From contig CM082585.2 in NCBI GenBank assembly GCA_040954595.2, forward strand, positions 11,745,863 through 11,809,862: a DNA stretch of 64,000 nt, given 5' to 3'. Numbering within the stretch: the stretch's first letter is position 1; every line of letters begins with the position of its first letter. The position numbers were made by a program, and so were the translations under genes. Positions 51,877 to 64,000 of the stretch are shown here, piece by piece. The DNA is from Balanoglossus misakiensis (Eukaryota > Animalia > Hemichordata). The notes under the pieces were generated by a model. The model did no database searches. It worked only from the letters and a program-made list of their open reading frames with translations, and was not told the origin of the DNA.

Positions 51877-52357
51877 CCAAATATTAGTTTCATTGATATT
51901 CTAGACATCAAAATATCTCTTTTTAGTACACAAGTTACAGCGCTGGTCAATTTACCTTGGAGTTTCACAGGAGTTTCACATAACGCACGTGTGTTTTGGT
52001 CGACTCGCTCTTGCTAGCTACTGGATAGAGCAGTTTTTATCTGTAGTCCGTACTAAATTACTGAAACTATGCACTGTGACATCGACAAGTGATACATTAC
52101 ATCAGAAATAATATGTTACCAACCTTGAAACCTGATGTTGTGGTACTCCTACAATGTCCAGTGGTCTTCTACAAATCCAAACTAGGAAAAGTGTCCAGAA
52201 CTGGGGTCCAAAAGGCAAAGCACACAATGATGACTGCACGTAGCTGAAAGCACAACGAGACAAAGCACATATTAGCAGAAGACAGTTTCTACATTCACGT
52301 GATTTAGTCACGTGGTTATACGCACGCTCGGACAAGCTGCGGTAGAGAGGCATGATC

Positions 52358-52411
52358 TATGATGATGATGATGAGGAGGAGGAGGAGGAGGAGGAGGAGG
52401 AGGAGGAGGAG
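52358..52411. repeat. (GAT)n(GAG)n trinucleotide microsatellite
   Basis: tatgatgatgatgatgaggaggagg...gga, intergenic. Confidence 0.9.
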
Positions 52412-52826
52412 AACTGTGTCATCTTTCTTTTGGAACTCCTGTTTTATTATTTATTTAATTAATATACTTTACATGCATGTGACAAAAAATAAATTAAAGT
52501 GTAGACTGCCTAAACTGAACTTAAAGCCTCTTTGTGTTTTATTCTATTTTAATTTATGACAAAGTACTACAGTAAAACTAAATTTCAATGTGTCAAAAGC
52601 ATCATGGAATCAATTTCTATTTGACGGGGCAAAGGGGATCAACAACAACAAGAAACTGAAGTTTCTCATGTCATTTTATGGTTGCTTACCCTCGAATTAA
52701 TTTGTTTATTTTTTTAACATAACAGTTGCATCTACCAATCACAATTAAGTATATGCTACACTTCGCAACATTACCGATGATGAACTCCACGCCCCAACAA
52801 TCAATCTCCGCGAGGAGGGTGAAGTG

Positions 52827-52840
52827 GTTGCCTAGGTAAC
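52827..52840. promoter_or_regulatory. RFX X-box GTTGCCTAGGTAAC upstream of TMEM256
   Basis: Near-palindromic X-box ~90 bp upstream of the ATG at 52,931. Confidence 0.55.
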
Positions 52841-52930
52841 CAGCTGTAATTTACATTAGCCCTACCCTACCTAGGCCTGACCTCGTATGTGTATTCAATA
52901 AAGTACGTGAGGGTTATCAGAGCTGTGAAT

Positions 52931-54144
52931 ATGGCGGCGTCTAGGTTGGCTAAACTGAACTCTATATCAGGCAAGCTGTTTTTCCGTGTTGGTGCTTTGT
53001 CAGGAGCATCAGCTGTGATTATAGCAGGCCATGGTGCACACAGTAAGTTAACCTTCATTCATTTTGTCGGGAAGAAGGAAATGCATGTAACTAAACTGTT
53101 TTATGTGGAACTATGTCAGTATCCGTGTGTTGATGTTCTTACAAAAACACAAAGCTACGCATTATACCAAGGGGCAAGTCTGTATAATTGTTTTAGATAT
53201 ATCAATTGTATATCTATTTTATCCTCAAACATTCATGTCAAAGCTTTAAAGGGTGTGGCAATGTACTAGCATGTATTAACTAATACAGGGTAAGCTCTAA
53301 TATCCTATATCTTCAGTGACCTTCATTACAAGAAGTAAATAGGTTTGGCATGTCATTGACCCAGTTTAACAGCTCCTGAGAGCCAAGGTCACGTGACTAA
53401 TAGTGGTGTATATGCACGCAGAATATTTACAACACAGCTCTGCGACTCACTAGGGCTCATGGGATATCTGTAAGACTGAAGTGGGTGCAAACATGTTTGA
53501 GAAGATACAATAAACCAACTCTTTCAATAACACTCTTTTTAATTAACAGGCTTCAAAACAAATGTGGATGATCCATATCGCCATCAGGTAGATTGATTCA
53601 TGATAATTTTTGCTACTTTATTTAATTGATTATTACCCAAGATTACTACTTTCAAATTGCAATTTAGCCAACGCGTTTCCCTTCCAATGATTAATATTAA
53701 AATGATGGTGTAAAAACACATGCAGTATTATCGTTAAACCTGTAGGTTTTTGACGTGGCTAAGTTTTATCACTTTACAACAAGTTTAGCCCTTCTTGCAG
53801 TACCATTATGTGGACAACCTTTCATTGTAAGTATTCTTGCAGCTACCTCTTTATAATGCTTGCCTGGTTTTCATAATTAATATAAAAATACATGTAATGA
53901 AACATTGAGAAATCACCATAGCAACCATCATGACATGATTATCCATACAAGTGATATATCAATGTTAATTTCCATCAAAATATTTTCTTTTTTTTCACAG
54001 GCAGGTACTTTACTGGCCAGCAGCCTTCCTCTTTTCTCTGGTACATGTTACGTACACGCCCTCTATGACATTGATTGGCCGAGGACATACACACCACATG
54101 GTGCAGTTCTTCTGGTAGCTGGCTGGGTTGCTCTGGTCTTGTGA
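52931..54144 (+). CDS. TMEM256: Transmembrane protein 256 (DUF423/YgdD family), 4 exons, ~124 aa
   Basis: Exons 52931-53042, 53550-53587, 53746-53826, 54001-54144. Motifs RVGALSGASAVIIAGHGAH, FDVAKFYHF..SLALL, LFSGTCY, TPHG..LL.AGW. Confidence 0.88.
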
Positions 54145-54898
54145 AAGCTCTACATTACATGGGTCTATCACAGACTGTGGTTCTACAGATCGGCAAAACG
54201 GAATTGACTTGTCTTTTGTTATAACTATATGTGCCCTTCATTCATTTGTGCAAAAAAGGTCACATTTCCAATTTTCACATGAGTGCCAAAAACCTGATTC
54301 TTCAAAGTAATTACAGTACATGTTTGTTATTAGGAAACATATTTCAAGACCTGACAATATTTCTCAGTGGAAAAACTTGCTCATTTCAATTTGAATCAGA
54401 TTTTTGGCTCCCTTGTAGAAATATGGTAGTATGCCAATACGAGCTGTTGGCACTGATGCAGTCTATGGTGGAATGAATGACTGAATGAGCGAGTCAGTGA
54501 GTGTATGAGTGAATCTACGAATGAATGAATTAATCATTATATGAACATTTGTGAGATTCCCTGATGACTCCTAGGTATAAATATTATTTTATCACATCAT
54601 ATCATATCATGTTTTACATTATTATGATATTAAGAGATACGGGCAAGACATAGACAATTTAGTAAGATGCCAGTTTTAATGAAATCCTATTTGCAAAGTA
54701 ATTTGATGTATACTACGTATGAAATAAACATTTGTAACTGTAATGAACTTGGTAAACTGTCTTTTATTTATTGAATCAACTTCTCTAGGAAGTGCATGTT
54801 TTAATTATTTATTCACATGGGAAAATGTTTGACTCCTCCAACTATTTCGAAAACGTTCGTTTTAAAGAGTTTGACTCTAGAGGGCGGTTTCCACAAAT

Positions 54899-54933
54899 CA
54901 CTTCCTGGTTTCCGGTCCCTACGAAGATGGCGT
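54899..54933 (+). promoter_or_regulatory. ETS + YY1 promoter motifs upstream of Golgin-45
   Basis: CACTTCCTGG, TTTCCGGT and AAGATGGCG clustered, followed by a probable non-coding first-exon donor (gtaagt at ~55,068). Confidence 0.5.
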
Positions 54934-55269
54934 CTAAATCACTGGGCTAGTGTACGTGTGCTGGCTTAAAATCTACGTTTCGTTTCATCGGCACCTCCAT
55001 GATGTTCAGCTGTTAACTCGTTGTATTGTGTATTACATGGACGCATATGTGGCAAGATAAGGAGACGGTAAGTTTAGCCGATCGCTCTAGAAACGACAAT
55101 CTGGTCACGATTGACGTAGACCTGTTCGGATTTCGGTTGTGTACATTTCATGATCATGAACGAACGTATTTAGCATCTCTGTTCTTCCAGACGTGCAGAC
55201 ATTTACAATATTGAATTTGAACACAAATATAGATGGATATTGATATTATTTTCAGAATGAGATATTACA

Positions 55270-57654
55270 ATGAGTATTAAACACTACAGCAGCAGCCCTA
55301 CACTTGGAAGCAAGCAAAGAATCTCTATCAAGTCAGTGTCTCAGAGTGTGGGAACTCAAGTTATGGACAGAGGTGAGTAAAAAGTACTGTATGTAACAAG
55401 AACTTTGCTGTTTCATAACAACTTTCATGTGTATGACCTGAATATTGAACATTTCCGCTGTTTCCCATGAAGTGGGATTAGGCAAAAGCTGTCACCATAC
55501 GACAGATTGTAAAATATTATTGACTTTGTTGGTACGTAAATGTACAGTAATGGTACAGTGCAAATGTAGGACAGTCTTTGACATATATCTGGCTAGCCAA
55601 TTCACCTAATCTGCTGAATACTAAAAAATACTGTTGCTTTGACAAAGGGAATTAAGTTATCAAATCTGTCTTAACATGCTGTTTGTTCGCCTTATTCATT
55701 CATTCAGATATTATGGTAATCTCCCATTCATGGAGATTTGAATATGAAATATTGTATGGTATATAGTTATGTATTAGATCAGGTTACATTCATTTTGTTT
55801 GCATTGTGAATTAACAATTTTGTTTTTTTTTATCTCTGCTGTTTGCATCGTGTTCACAGTGGTTCATTTTAAAATTACTTTCTGGGAAAGTAATTTCTGA
55901 ATTTATAAAGACAATTTCAAATTTTATATGAGAATAGTTTTCTGATGTAGCTGGACATGTTTTCCTTTACAACAACCTCAATGCAGGCATCGATCCCAAC
56001 AAAACTCCAAGACTGGCTGGGGATGGCATGGAATACATTGCAGATGAAAGCAGCATGGCTTCTACATCCGGAATCGGCACTTCCAAACTCTCCAAGGAAA
56101 TACCACTCATGACCTTACTTCCAGATGTCAGGCATTCTCTGCATGATGAACAACTGGTGAAGATCATCACTTTGGAAAACGACGTCAAGAAACTGAAGGA
56201 GGAGAGAAGTTCACTGGAGTCTAAACTGCAGGAACAGGTCAAGGTATTGGTACTCTGTGACAACTTTTGGAATTCTGATTACTGATTACTCATTTCTAAC
56301 TGAATGAAGATGTAGTGAAATGTAGCTATATTTACATGTGATGGGATACATTAAACCATAATGACAAAAATCTATGCACAGGTCAACAAGGAACTCAAAA
56401 GATTACTGGTAGCATCAGTTGGTGCAGACTTGTACCAACAACTAGAAGATTTGACACGAGATAAACTTCGCCTGGCTGAGGATTTAGAAAACACCATTCA
56501 GACCCTGACAGAAGAGAGAGAAACAATCCAACAACTCGACATCCAATGTGATGTCTGGAGAAGCAAGTTTCTAGGCAGCAGGTGAGAACAGACCAAAGAA
56601 TTATCCTCTCTTTCTGGCATTAGATGGCTCCAAAATACTGGCTTACCATTAAAAATATCTCTGATGTATAGAGCGCCCTCTTTAGATCATTTCTTGAAGT
56701 CAATGGCATCACATTTACATTTGAAGTCTTCAAAGAGTTACAATTTCTCTTTTTGTCTATAAAATTGCAATACACAATTATATTTTTTTCTTCTAGAGTG
56801 CAAGTGGATGAGTTAGTTGGTTGGAAAAGCAGAGCATCTCTGATGTATGAAGAAGCTCGAATGGCCATCTCAAAATTGTTAGACGAGAGAGATGAAATGA
56901 GGTCACACATGATGGAATCAAACAAGTAGGTTTGTTAGAAATGCATGATACTTTTTCAAAGGGACATTAGCTATTTCTACTGCCTATAGCATGTTAAACA
57001 GCTCTCTATGCATATTGACCATTGTTAGTGTTGACAACTGAATTGTGACTAACTTCTAAATGTAAATGACTTTCCTTTATTCTAGGAAACTTCAGTATTT
57101 ATCGGATGCCCTACAACGAAATCACACTCTATCACAGGAACCAGTGCAACCCTCGACAAATGTGATGACACTATCATTGCTAAACCGACAACTAGCAGCC
57201 ACGATCTCCGAACATCTCCTGGGTGATGTCAATCCCAGCAGCAAAAAGAAAACCGTCTCAGCAGTATCAGCACCCTGTCACGCTCTTGTTGAATGGACTT
57301 CAGCAGAAATGTTAGCCAAAGATGTGAGTTCAACTAAATCATTGAAAATCAGGAAATACTTGAAAACTCACAATCATTGTGTTTTATTTTAGTCAAATGT
57401 TTCTCCTAATCTAGCTTTAAGGGAGTTTGGTGTATATTAATATTATTGTTTTTTTTTGTTTTCAGATACTCCTAAACAAGAAGCTTGATAGAGCGTGCAC
57501 AGATGTTGTTGATGATGGAGAGGTGTCTACATCAAGCAGTAATGCATCGAAATCAAATAAAGTGAAGATCAATCGATTTCATCACAAGACCAAATATGAA
57601 AACCTGACGGTCAATTGCTGTAAAGATTGTACAGGGGAAATCAAAATAGTGTAG
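55270..57654 (+). CDS. BLZF1: Golgin-45 (BLZF1), 6 coding exons; first coding exon less certain
   Basis: Exons 55270-55372, 55951-56243, 56382-56581, 56797-56925, 57086-57323, 57466-57654. Tankyrase-binding-like RLAGDGME, coiled coil QVKVNKELKRLLVASVGADL, IQCDVWRSKFLGSR, and C-terminal YENLTVNCCKDCTGEIKIV (GRASP55-binding type tail). Confidence 0.9.
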
Positions 57655-58406
57655 TTGACCCTAAAAGGGGAGGGGTGATATAGTATGGACAGAGTGGCCT
57701 TGTGGACCAAGCACTTCTTGCTTGTTGATGTCAATTATCTTTTTCTGTTCTTTGATTGGCTCTTTGAGCCATTGGTTCAAAGGAAATCTACATAAAACTT
57801 AGAGTGTAGCAAACAAAATCTACCTCATCCATACCTAGATGTGATGTAAATCACACTTTTTTTCCTTCTTTGAAGAAAACACAATTTAGCCCCCAAAGCA
57901 CTTTCTTGCTTCTTTAGGTAACTTTCATGGGGAAAGCTTATATGTAACCAGTCTTGAATTAGTCTGATATCAGATGCAGGTTAGACCTCTTCATGTATAC
58001 ATGTATCTGTCTTTTGTAAACTTTTAAGAAGGGATTCATTGTACATATTGGCATGTGTTATTTATGTTCTTATTCTTCTTCCACTAGACAGTGTAATATT
58101 TCCCTTTTGTTCTCATTTCTGAAAACACTACAACTTTCACTTGCATCTTTTTCAGTGAAATGTCTGATTTATATGGTAAAATATGATCTCAGTAAACCCA
58201 TATACATCCCTGCCTTTGGTTCCATAAAAAGTGAATTTTTTCAGATGTACAGCTGATATTTTGTAGCAGATGCTACGACACAATGTGCAACATTTGTACG
58301 TAAGTGCGATTCTGTAAGGATTCAACTGTGTGATGAGAAATCGAGCGAATAAAGTGTCAAATATTTATCAAAATATCTTTCATTACACAAAGTGTGGTGT
58401 CTTTGT

Positions 58407-58584
58407 TTAAAGGAACAATAGCTGTAAATTTGTATAATCCGTTTAGTGTTGATTTACTACTATGTACACGCCCAACATTTCAGCTATGTTCAAAAATAGC
58501 TTTTGTTCGCTACAGTTCACTAGGAAACAGACAAATACTGATTAAAATGACAAAAAATTAAGTGTGCAGCTATTGTCCTGTGAA
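58407..58584. mobile_element. Degenerate ~180-bp MITE with imperfect terminal inverted repeats (TTAA-AGG start, Kolobok-like)
   Basis: Left end ttaaaggaacaatagctgta; right end tgcagctattgtcctgtgaa (reverse complement ttcacaggacaatagctgca). Confidence 0.45.
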
Positions 58585-61500
58585 AACCCTGGGTGTGTGA
58601 CATTTCTGCTTGAAATTCACTTACTGCATTCCAATGCATAATGCATTGCTTTGTGACAGACCATTTACATGGAGTATTTCCGGCTATAGACAATTTGCAT
58701 TAATTAAAAAAGTCTGAGTCTTATGTTTTGTTTAGAAAATAAATTTGCTGCTGGAAATGCAGAGAGTTCTGTCTGCAGTCAGATCTTGAGTCAGTGGTCA
58801 GCTGACCTCTGAAGCACTTCAGAACACAAGTATGCATGACAGATGGTTGCATTGAAAAGTCTTGTATGTTCCTCCCGGGTCATGACCTCTTATCATGACC
58901 TGCCTGTCTGTACAGTGACCCTCCCCCCCCCCCCCCCCCTCCCCCAACAGTTCATGTTGCTCGGTGGAAAGCTTTTAGACTGAATACTCGGTGATTAAAC
59001 ATTCTGGCTTTTGAAATTCATTCACCCACGACATGTTCTGCTGTAGCAGGTATGAATGGCATCCTGTACTTGTAGGGTTTCTTATGGGTTGAAAATCAAG
59101 TGCTACTAACTGCCAGAGTGGTACTAAAATATGTCCGTAATATGCTTTGAAATTTTTTAAGGTTTGGAAGAATTAGAGTTTATTGCCGAATTGCATGACA
59201 TCTTAATATCCGAATAATAAACTTGACAACCCCGAGTGAACACAAGTAAATATACTATAATAATATAATACTAAATATACTAAGTGCCATAGATGAAGTA
59301 ATGTCAGCAACAGAAGCGAGATGACAGACAGGCCAAACACTACTGAAAAGCTTCACAGTAGTTTTATTTGCCAAAGAGATTACTGCCTACAGTATCTGGG
59401 ACCAACTTTTTCTAGAAGAATTCCACTCCAACAAACTCAACAATTTCTTTGATTTAGCCCTCATCTTGTAGAAATCATATTCATTTAAATGAAGAAAAAA
59501 ACACTATAGTCAAAATCAATTTAGACAAATCTGTATTTTATATATTGAGAGTAGTTGTGTATGTATAGTGTACTGTTACATAATATGATGAGCATTGATC
59601 GGTGTATGAAGGGGAATGGAGATCAATATTGTTTTTTGGCTCCAGATGGGCCTTGAATGACACATTTATACTGGTAGAGACCTTTTTCATATGCATGGAT
59701 TTACTCACTCACCCTCTTCTAAATATTATGGTGATGGTTTGAGTTAGTTTTTCAATACATGATTTTGTTAGGTGCTCCCCCCTCCCTCAGTGGCCAAAAG
59801 TTTGCTAGTGTTGCTCTTTTCTTGAAAGAGACTGTGAAATAAAATTGAAGAATTCAACTTCCAAATTCAGCAAGGCACAAGTTGTGTTCATTGCATGCCA
59901 CACTGAGAGGGGGCGCGACGTCCAGTTGTTGACGCAGCCATGGCAACAGCGGGGGTGTTAAAGCGCATATGTGTATCAGCCCGGTCAAGGACGCGTCGAC
60001 GAACGTTCGGGGCGATTTCATGATGTCGTCATTGAATATGGCATTAAAGTAATTACAAAAGCTACGTGACCTCGTGTCAATATTCAGCATTACAAGTGAG
60101 GGTTGCCATGGTGAACCACAACAAAGCCTTCATCACAAACGCGGCTATCATGTAGCGATTTGTGGCCTCCCCAAAACACCATAATTTATGATTTTCAAGC
60201 TTGTCGGGAGATATTGGAAACCAACGAACTGAATAGTTTATTTCCTTTCTACGCTTAGGAATTGGTATAAAAAATACCCTTCCCGATCATTTTCAGAAAC
60301 AACAATTATCAGAGAACCAAAAACCCAAGTCGGAAATCCCGACTTTTTTGACAAGTTTTCAGCAAACTAGCTGGAGAAGGTTCCGTTACAATATTTCACG
60401 ACTTCAATAGTTTGACAAGTTAAATATTGTCTGTCAAAATTGTTGGCTTTGACAGCGCTGTAACCGCTAGCTGGCAGCGTCTATTGTTGAACGCCTCGCG
60501 TTTGAGAAAGTTTATCCTTGGAGTTTACATGTATTTGCACAGCTGTCACCGTTACTATTGGCTACTGATGGATTGCTTTCAATAAAGACGTTGTAACAGG
60601 TGCCGTTTACTTTACAAGTTAAAATATTGGGACTTCAAAACTGCGAGAAAAAAATAAATATTTCAGACCCGTTATTATCTTCAGAACCTAGATAATTAGC
60701 GCAATAATTAGCGCAATATAGGATATCCCCAATCATATTTCCCGTCGGGAAGTGAATATTATTTGGAAGAGCACGGTGCGGCCATTGTGTTCACTTTCCT
60801 TTCACCACAGAAACACACGTCAGTGAAACCTGGTGAATTCAGGGAGGTCTATCTATCTATCGCGATCATACAACGGTTGCAGGTTAGTTCTTTTCGCTTT
60901 ATTACTCTTGATCACACCACTTTCAATAATTCATTCGTTATTTTATCGTCACGGTAGTATATCTGAAGGGATGTGGCTGAAATTTCTCTCACGATCTCAT
61001 TATCGATTTCAGCGTCCGCGTCCGCGTCGGTGCGCGCGCGACAACGCCTATATACATGACATTTGTCGTCTGCAAAAGAACCGCGGGTATCAATTTGCCT
61101 TGACTTTACCTTCCCCGTTTCCATAGTCACGCCTGAACTAGAAGCTCTTGTGGAATTCGGTTCATTGTAGTTCACTTTCAGTGAAAGGAGATTGTGGTGG
61201 AGTGTGAATTTGAAGCTTATATGTCGACTTGTAGGTTGTACATGTACATTGAAGTTGTTGATAGCGCTCTTTTCATGTTGGTTTCACCATTGCGCGTTAT
61301 TGTTTGTTTCTTGTAGATTTCACCGTTTGTTTTAGGGTTGTTTTGTTTATTAAACAAACAATCAGTTCGAAATAGGCGTTGTTCGGCTCACTTGAGTTTT
61401 TTTTTTTCGACCGAGGTACTACACATGAATCATGTCGCCTCAAAATACTTTCCTTCTGAGAGATGTATACTGTACTCACGTCATTTTACAAAGTAAAAAC

Positions 61501-62349
61501 TAAACTTGCAAACGGCACTGACTTACACTTTTAATACTAAACAGGATTACTTTATATTGGATGGGGAAAATAACGGCTGGGATCATGATAGGCGTGTTTG
61601 CCCTTTATAACAGCAACAACGACATTTTATTCGAAATATCTTCACTATTAGTGAAGATATGTCTATGCTACATGCAAAACAGACACTCTCACGTTTCTGA
61701 AATAGTTGTCGTACTTTTCTCTCAATTTATTGAAGTCATATAAACGCCAAAGAGTATGCTATCGCAGAAATAAAATTAGGTAACCAAATATTGCATAGAT
61801 TGTGTACTGCAGTATGTCTGAAAAATAATCACATTTCCTTGTATGATTAAGGGTTTTGGAATGTTAAGATGAATCAACTAAACTGACCCCAATTTTTAAA
61901 GATTCAGAACTACTGCCAACAATCGTTTCAAGTCTAAGATTGTAAGAAGCATAAGTTCTGTAATAAAATACAATAATTTAAGGCTTTATAGCAGTTATTA
62001 TGAGTGTTAAATATATATTTTTGGTGTCTCCAGTGCATGTGGAATGATGGTAAAGTCATTTTAATAAAAACGGCTGTAGCTAGTCTGCGGTCTTTGAACT
62101 CATGAGGTCAGATAGACTGTCTGAGTGAGCATTTTCACCTTTAAAAAATCCTTTGATTTGATCACAATTCAGTCATGTGTACTAGTGTATTGTGAAGACA
62201 TTTTTGGCATTTTCTGTATTTAATGAGGACACAGTAGATGGTAATTTAGTTCTTGGTGTAGAGAGGAGGGGAAGGCATTTATTCTCATTCCCTATAAACA
62301 TGTGTTTGCAAAATATAGAATGCAAATCAATATCCATTTTGGTTTGTTG

Positions 62350-62381
62350 ATTTCAACATGGAGGTACCTCCATGTTGAAAT
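62350..62381. repeat. 32-bp perfect palindrome
   Basis: atttcaacatggaggt|acctccatgttgaaat. Confidence 0.9.
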
Positions 62382-64000
62382 AGCTGGGCAGTGTAAGTTG
62401 AACGTGATGAGTGACAATGGGTGTTACTGTAACTGATATAGGTTGTGACAGTAATGAGTTCCTGGAAAGACTTCTGGAAATTCTAGGAATTGTAAATCCT
62501 GATCCTGTGAATACCCTGAAAACAGGAAATTCACTCAGGAAACATCTGGAAATTCATTGTTCGTAGGAACCTTTGGTGCAGCAAAATATGCCCATAAAGT
62601 GGGGCCAATTGTAATCTTGAAATAGCCTGGCCTGAGTTGACCTCTGATATGGTTCACAACTGTTGCCAAGTGCAATAAAATGTTTACAAAACAAAAAGCA
62701 CTGTGTTAACTGATATACTGGCTTGTACAAATAAGTCATATCACTTGTAACATTCTAGGTCAAGTAAGAAAGGATCCAGTGTATGTAATAAAGGCAGATC
62801 AAACACTGCATTCATTTGAAAAGCATAAAAAATGACAAAACTTTACAATGTACTGAGTAATTTCCCCCAAAGTTGTTACTATTCTTTATAGGTTCGCATG
62901 TGGTGTAATTGCCTGATGCGAAAGTTAATTATTGTGTCCGCATGATAACAACCTGTAGCAATCCACACAGATCATATTTAGTGATTTCAAAGACTGGAAC
63001 CTTGAAAGGCAACGATCAATTGATTCAAAGGATGGTTGTCACATAACATGAATCATGGGAGTCTGTACCCATAGTTACGATATCTTTATTATGACAACAA
63101 TGTAAATGGTTCTATTCTTGTGTATAGAGGTGACCTACTTTGGCCAATTTTGAATTGCCATCTGTTCTTATGATTGCCAAAAGATTCAATCAATGACGAG
63201 TTCACACCCAATACACTTATATTAAGACTATCAAAGATACAAGCAAAATACCACCTGGCAGAAATTTAGACTTTATAATCATTGATTTTGTAAAACATTT
63301 ATCTTAGTGAATAATAACAGAAAGGATTATTTATTGGTAATCAGAATAATTTCGATAATGTAATATTAGAGGTAAAAGATGTAGTTTTCATGGCTTTTTG
63401 CAGGAAAACTATTTTTCTGTCATTCACATCCCAACAAGCATACATGTAACAGCATTGATCATCATTTTGACTTGTAAGTTCTATTTCAAGACTCAGAACC
63501 TAGCATGCACCCATTTATGAAGTCTGTTTGGAAATGTTTACTTGACAACCAATGGTTTCAACAAAACGTGCAATTGTATGCGTGATTGAAAACGCTGCGT
63601 TCTCTATTGATCATACATTGCCATTATAGGTGAATTGAGAGCATACAAGCTATAACCCCTTTCACTTGTTCACTACCAATAGGGCTTTCAAGGTGCCTGT
63701 TCAAGGATGCTTTTATACAAAGACATTACCTTCCCAGACAGATTAACACTTTGAATTATTGTAGGGATGGATTCTCCGAATGCAGATAGAATTGTAGTGA
63801 AATCATTTTTTTTTTAATATTTGAAACAAATCATTCTTTACCAATGGTAAGTGAGTCTTATGAAAGCCCTAAACAGAGAGCACACTACATTCTAAAAACT
63901 AAGATTTTTCAAGGATCAGGAAGATTGGAATCAGTGCTTGGTCATTTTGGCTTTGAGGTCAATGGCTATTTTCTTGAGATCTTTAAATTTGTATGTTCCC

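Noticed and set aside
54928-54951. ATG in AAGATGGCG as the Golgin-45 start
   Set aside because: Reads MASKSLG then a stop; better explained as a YY1 motif or short upstream ORF.

Overview
Eukaryotic (metazoan, probably marine invertebrate) genomic DNA. Bases 1-19,510 are a homogeneous 87-bp satellite array. It switches orientation at ~7,885-7,889, carries nascent 18-mer and 24-mer higher-order duplications, and ends in a fringe of older diverged monomers (to ~19,805). Within 1 kb of the array a compact, intron-rich gene cluster begins: an AADAC/NCEH1-type esterase (+), an ~503-aa multi-pass membrane protein resembling gustatory-receptor-like/7TM ion channels (-), cyclin B3 (+), IWS1 (-), a galactose-3-O-sulfotransferase (+), a 23-exon DEG/ENaC channel (+), TMEM256 (+) and Golgin-45/BLZF1 (+). 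About 6 kb with no recognisable CDS follows. The standout is the DEG/ENaC gene (~1,269 aa). Its extracellular finger region carries an ~700-aa in-frame insert of 3 LDLa, 3 F-type lectin, 1 PAN/Apple and 1 LDLa modules, encoded by eleven phase 1-1 exons, one lectin with an intact fucose-binding motif. This is a candidate glycan-sensing or matrix-tethered ion channel. All exon models were built by hand from GT-AG sites and frame continuity; family calls come from motif recognition, not database searches.
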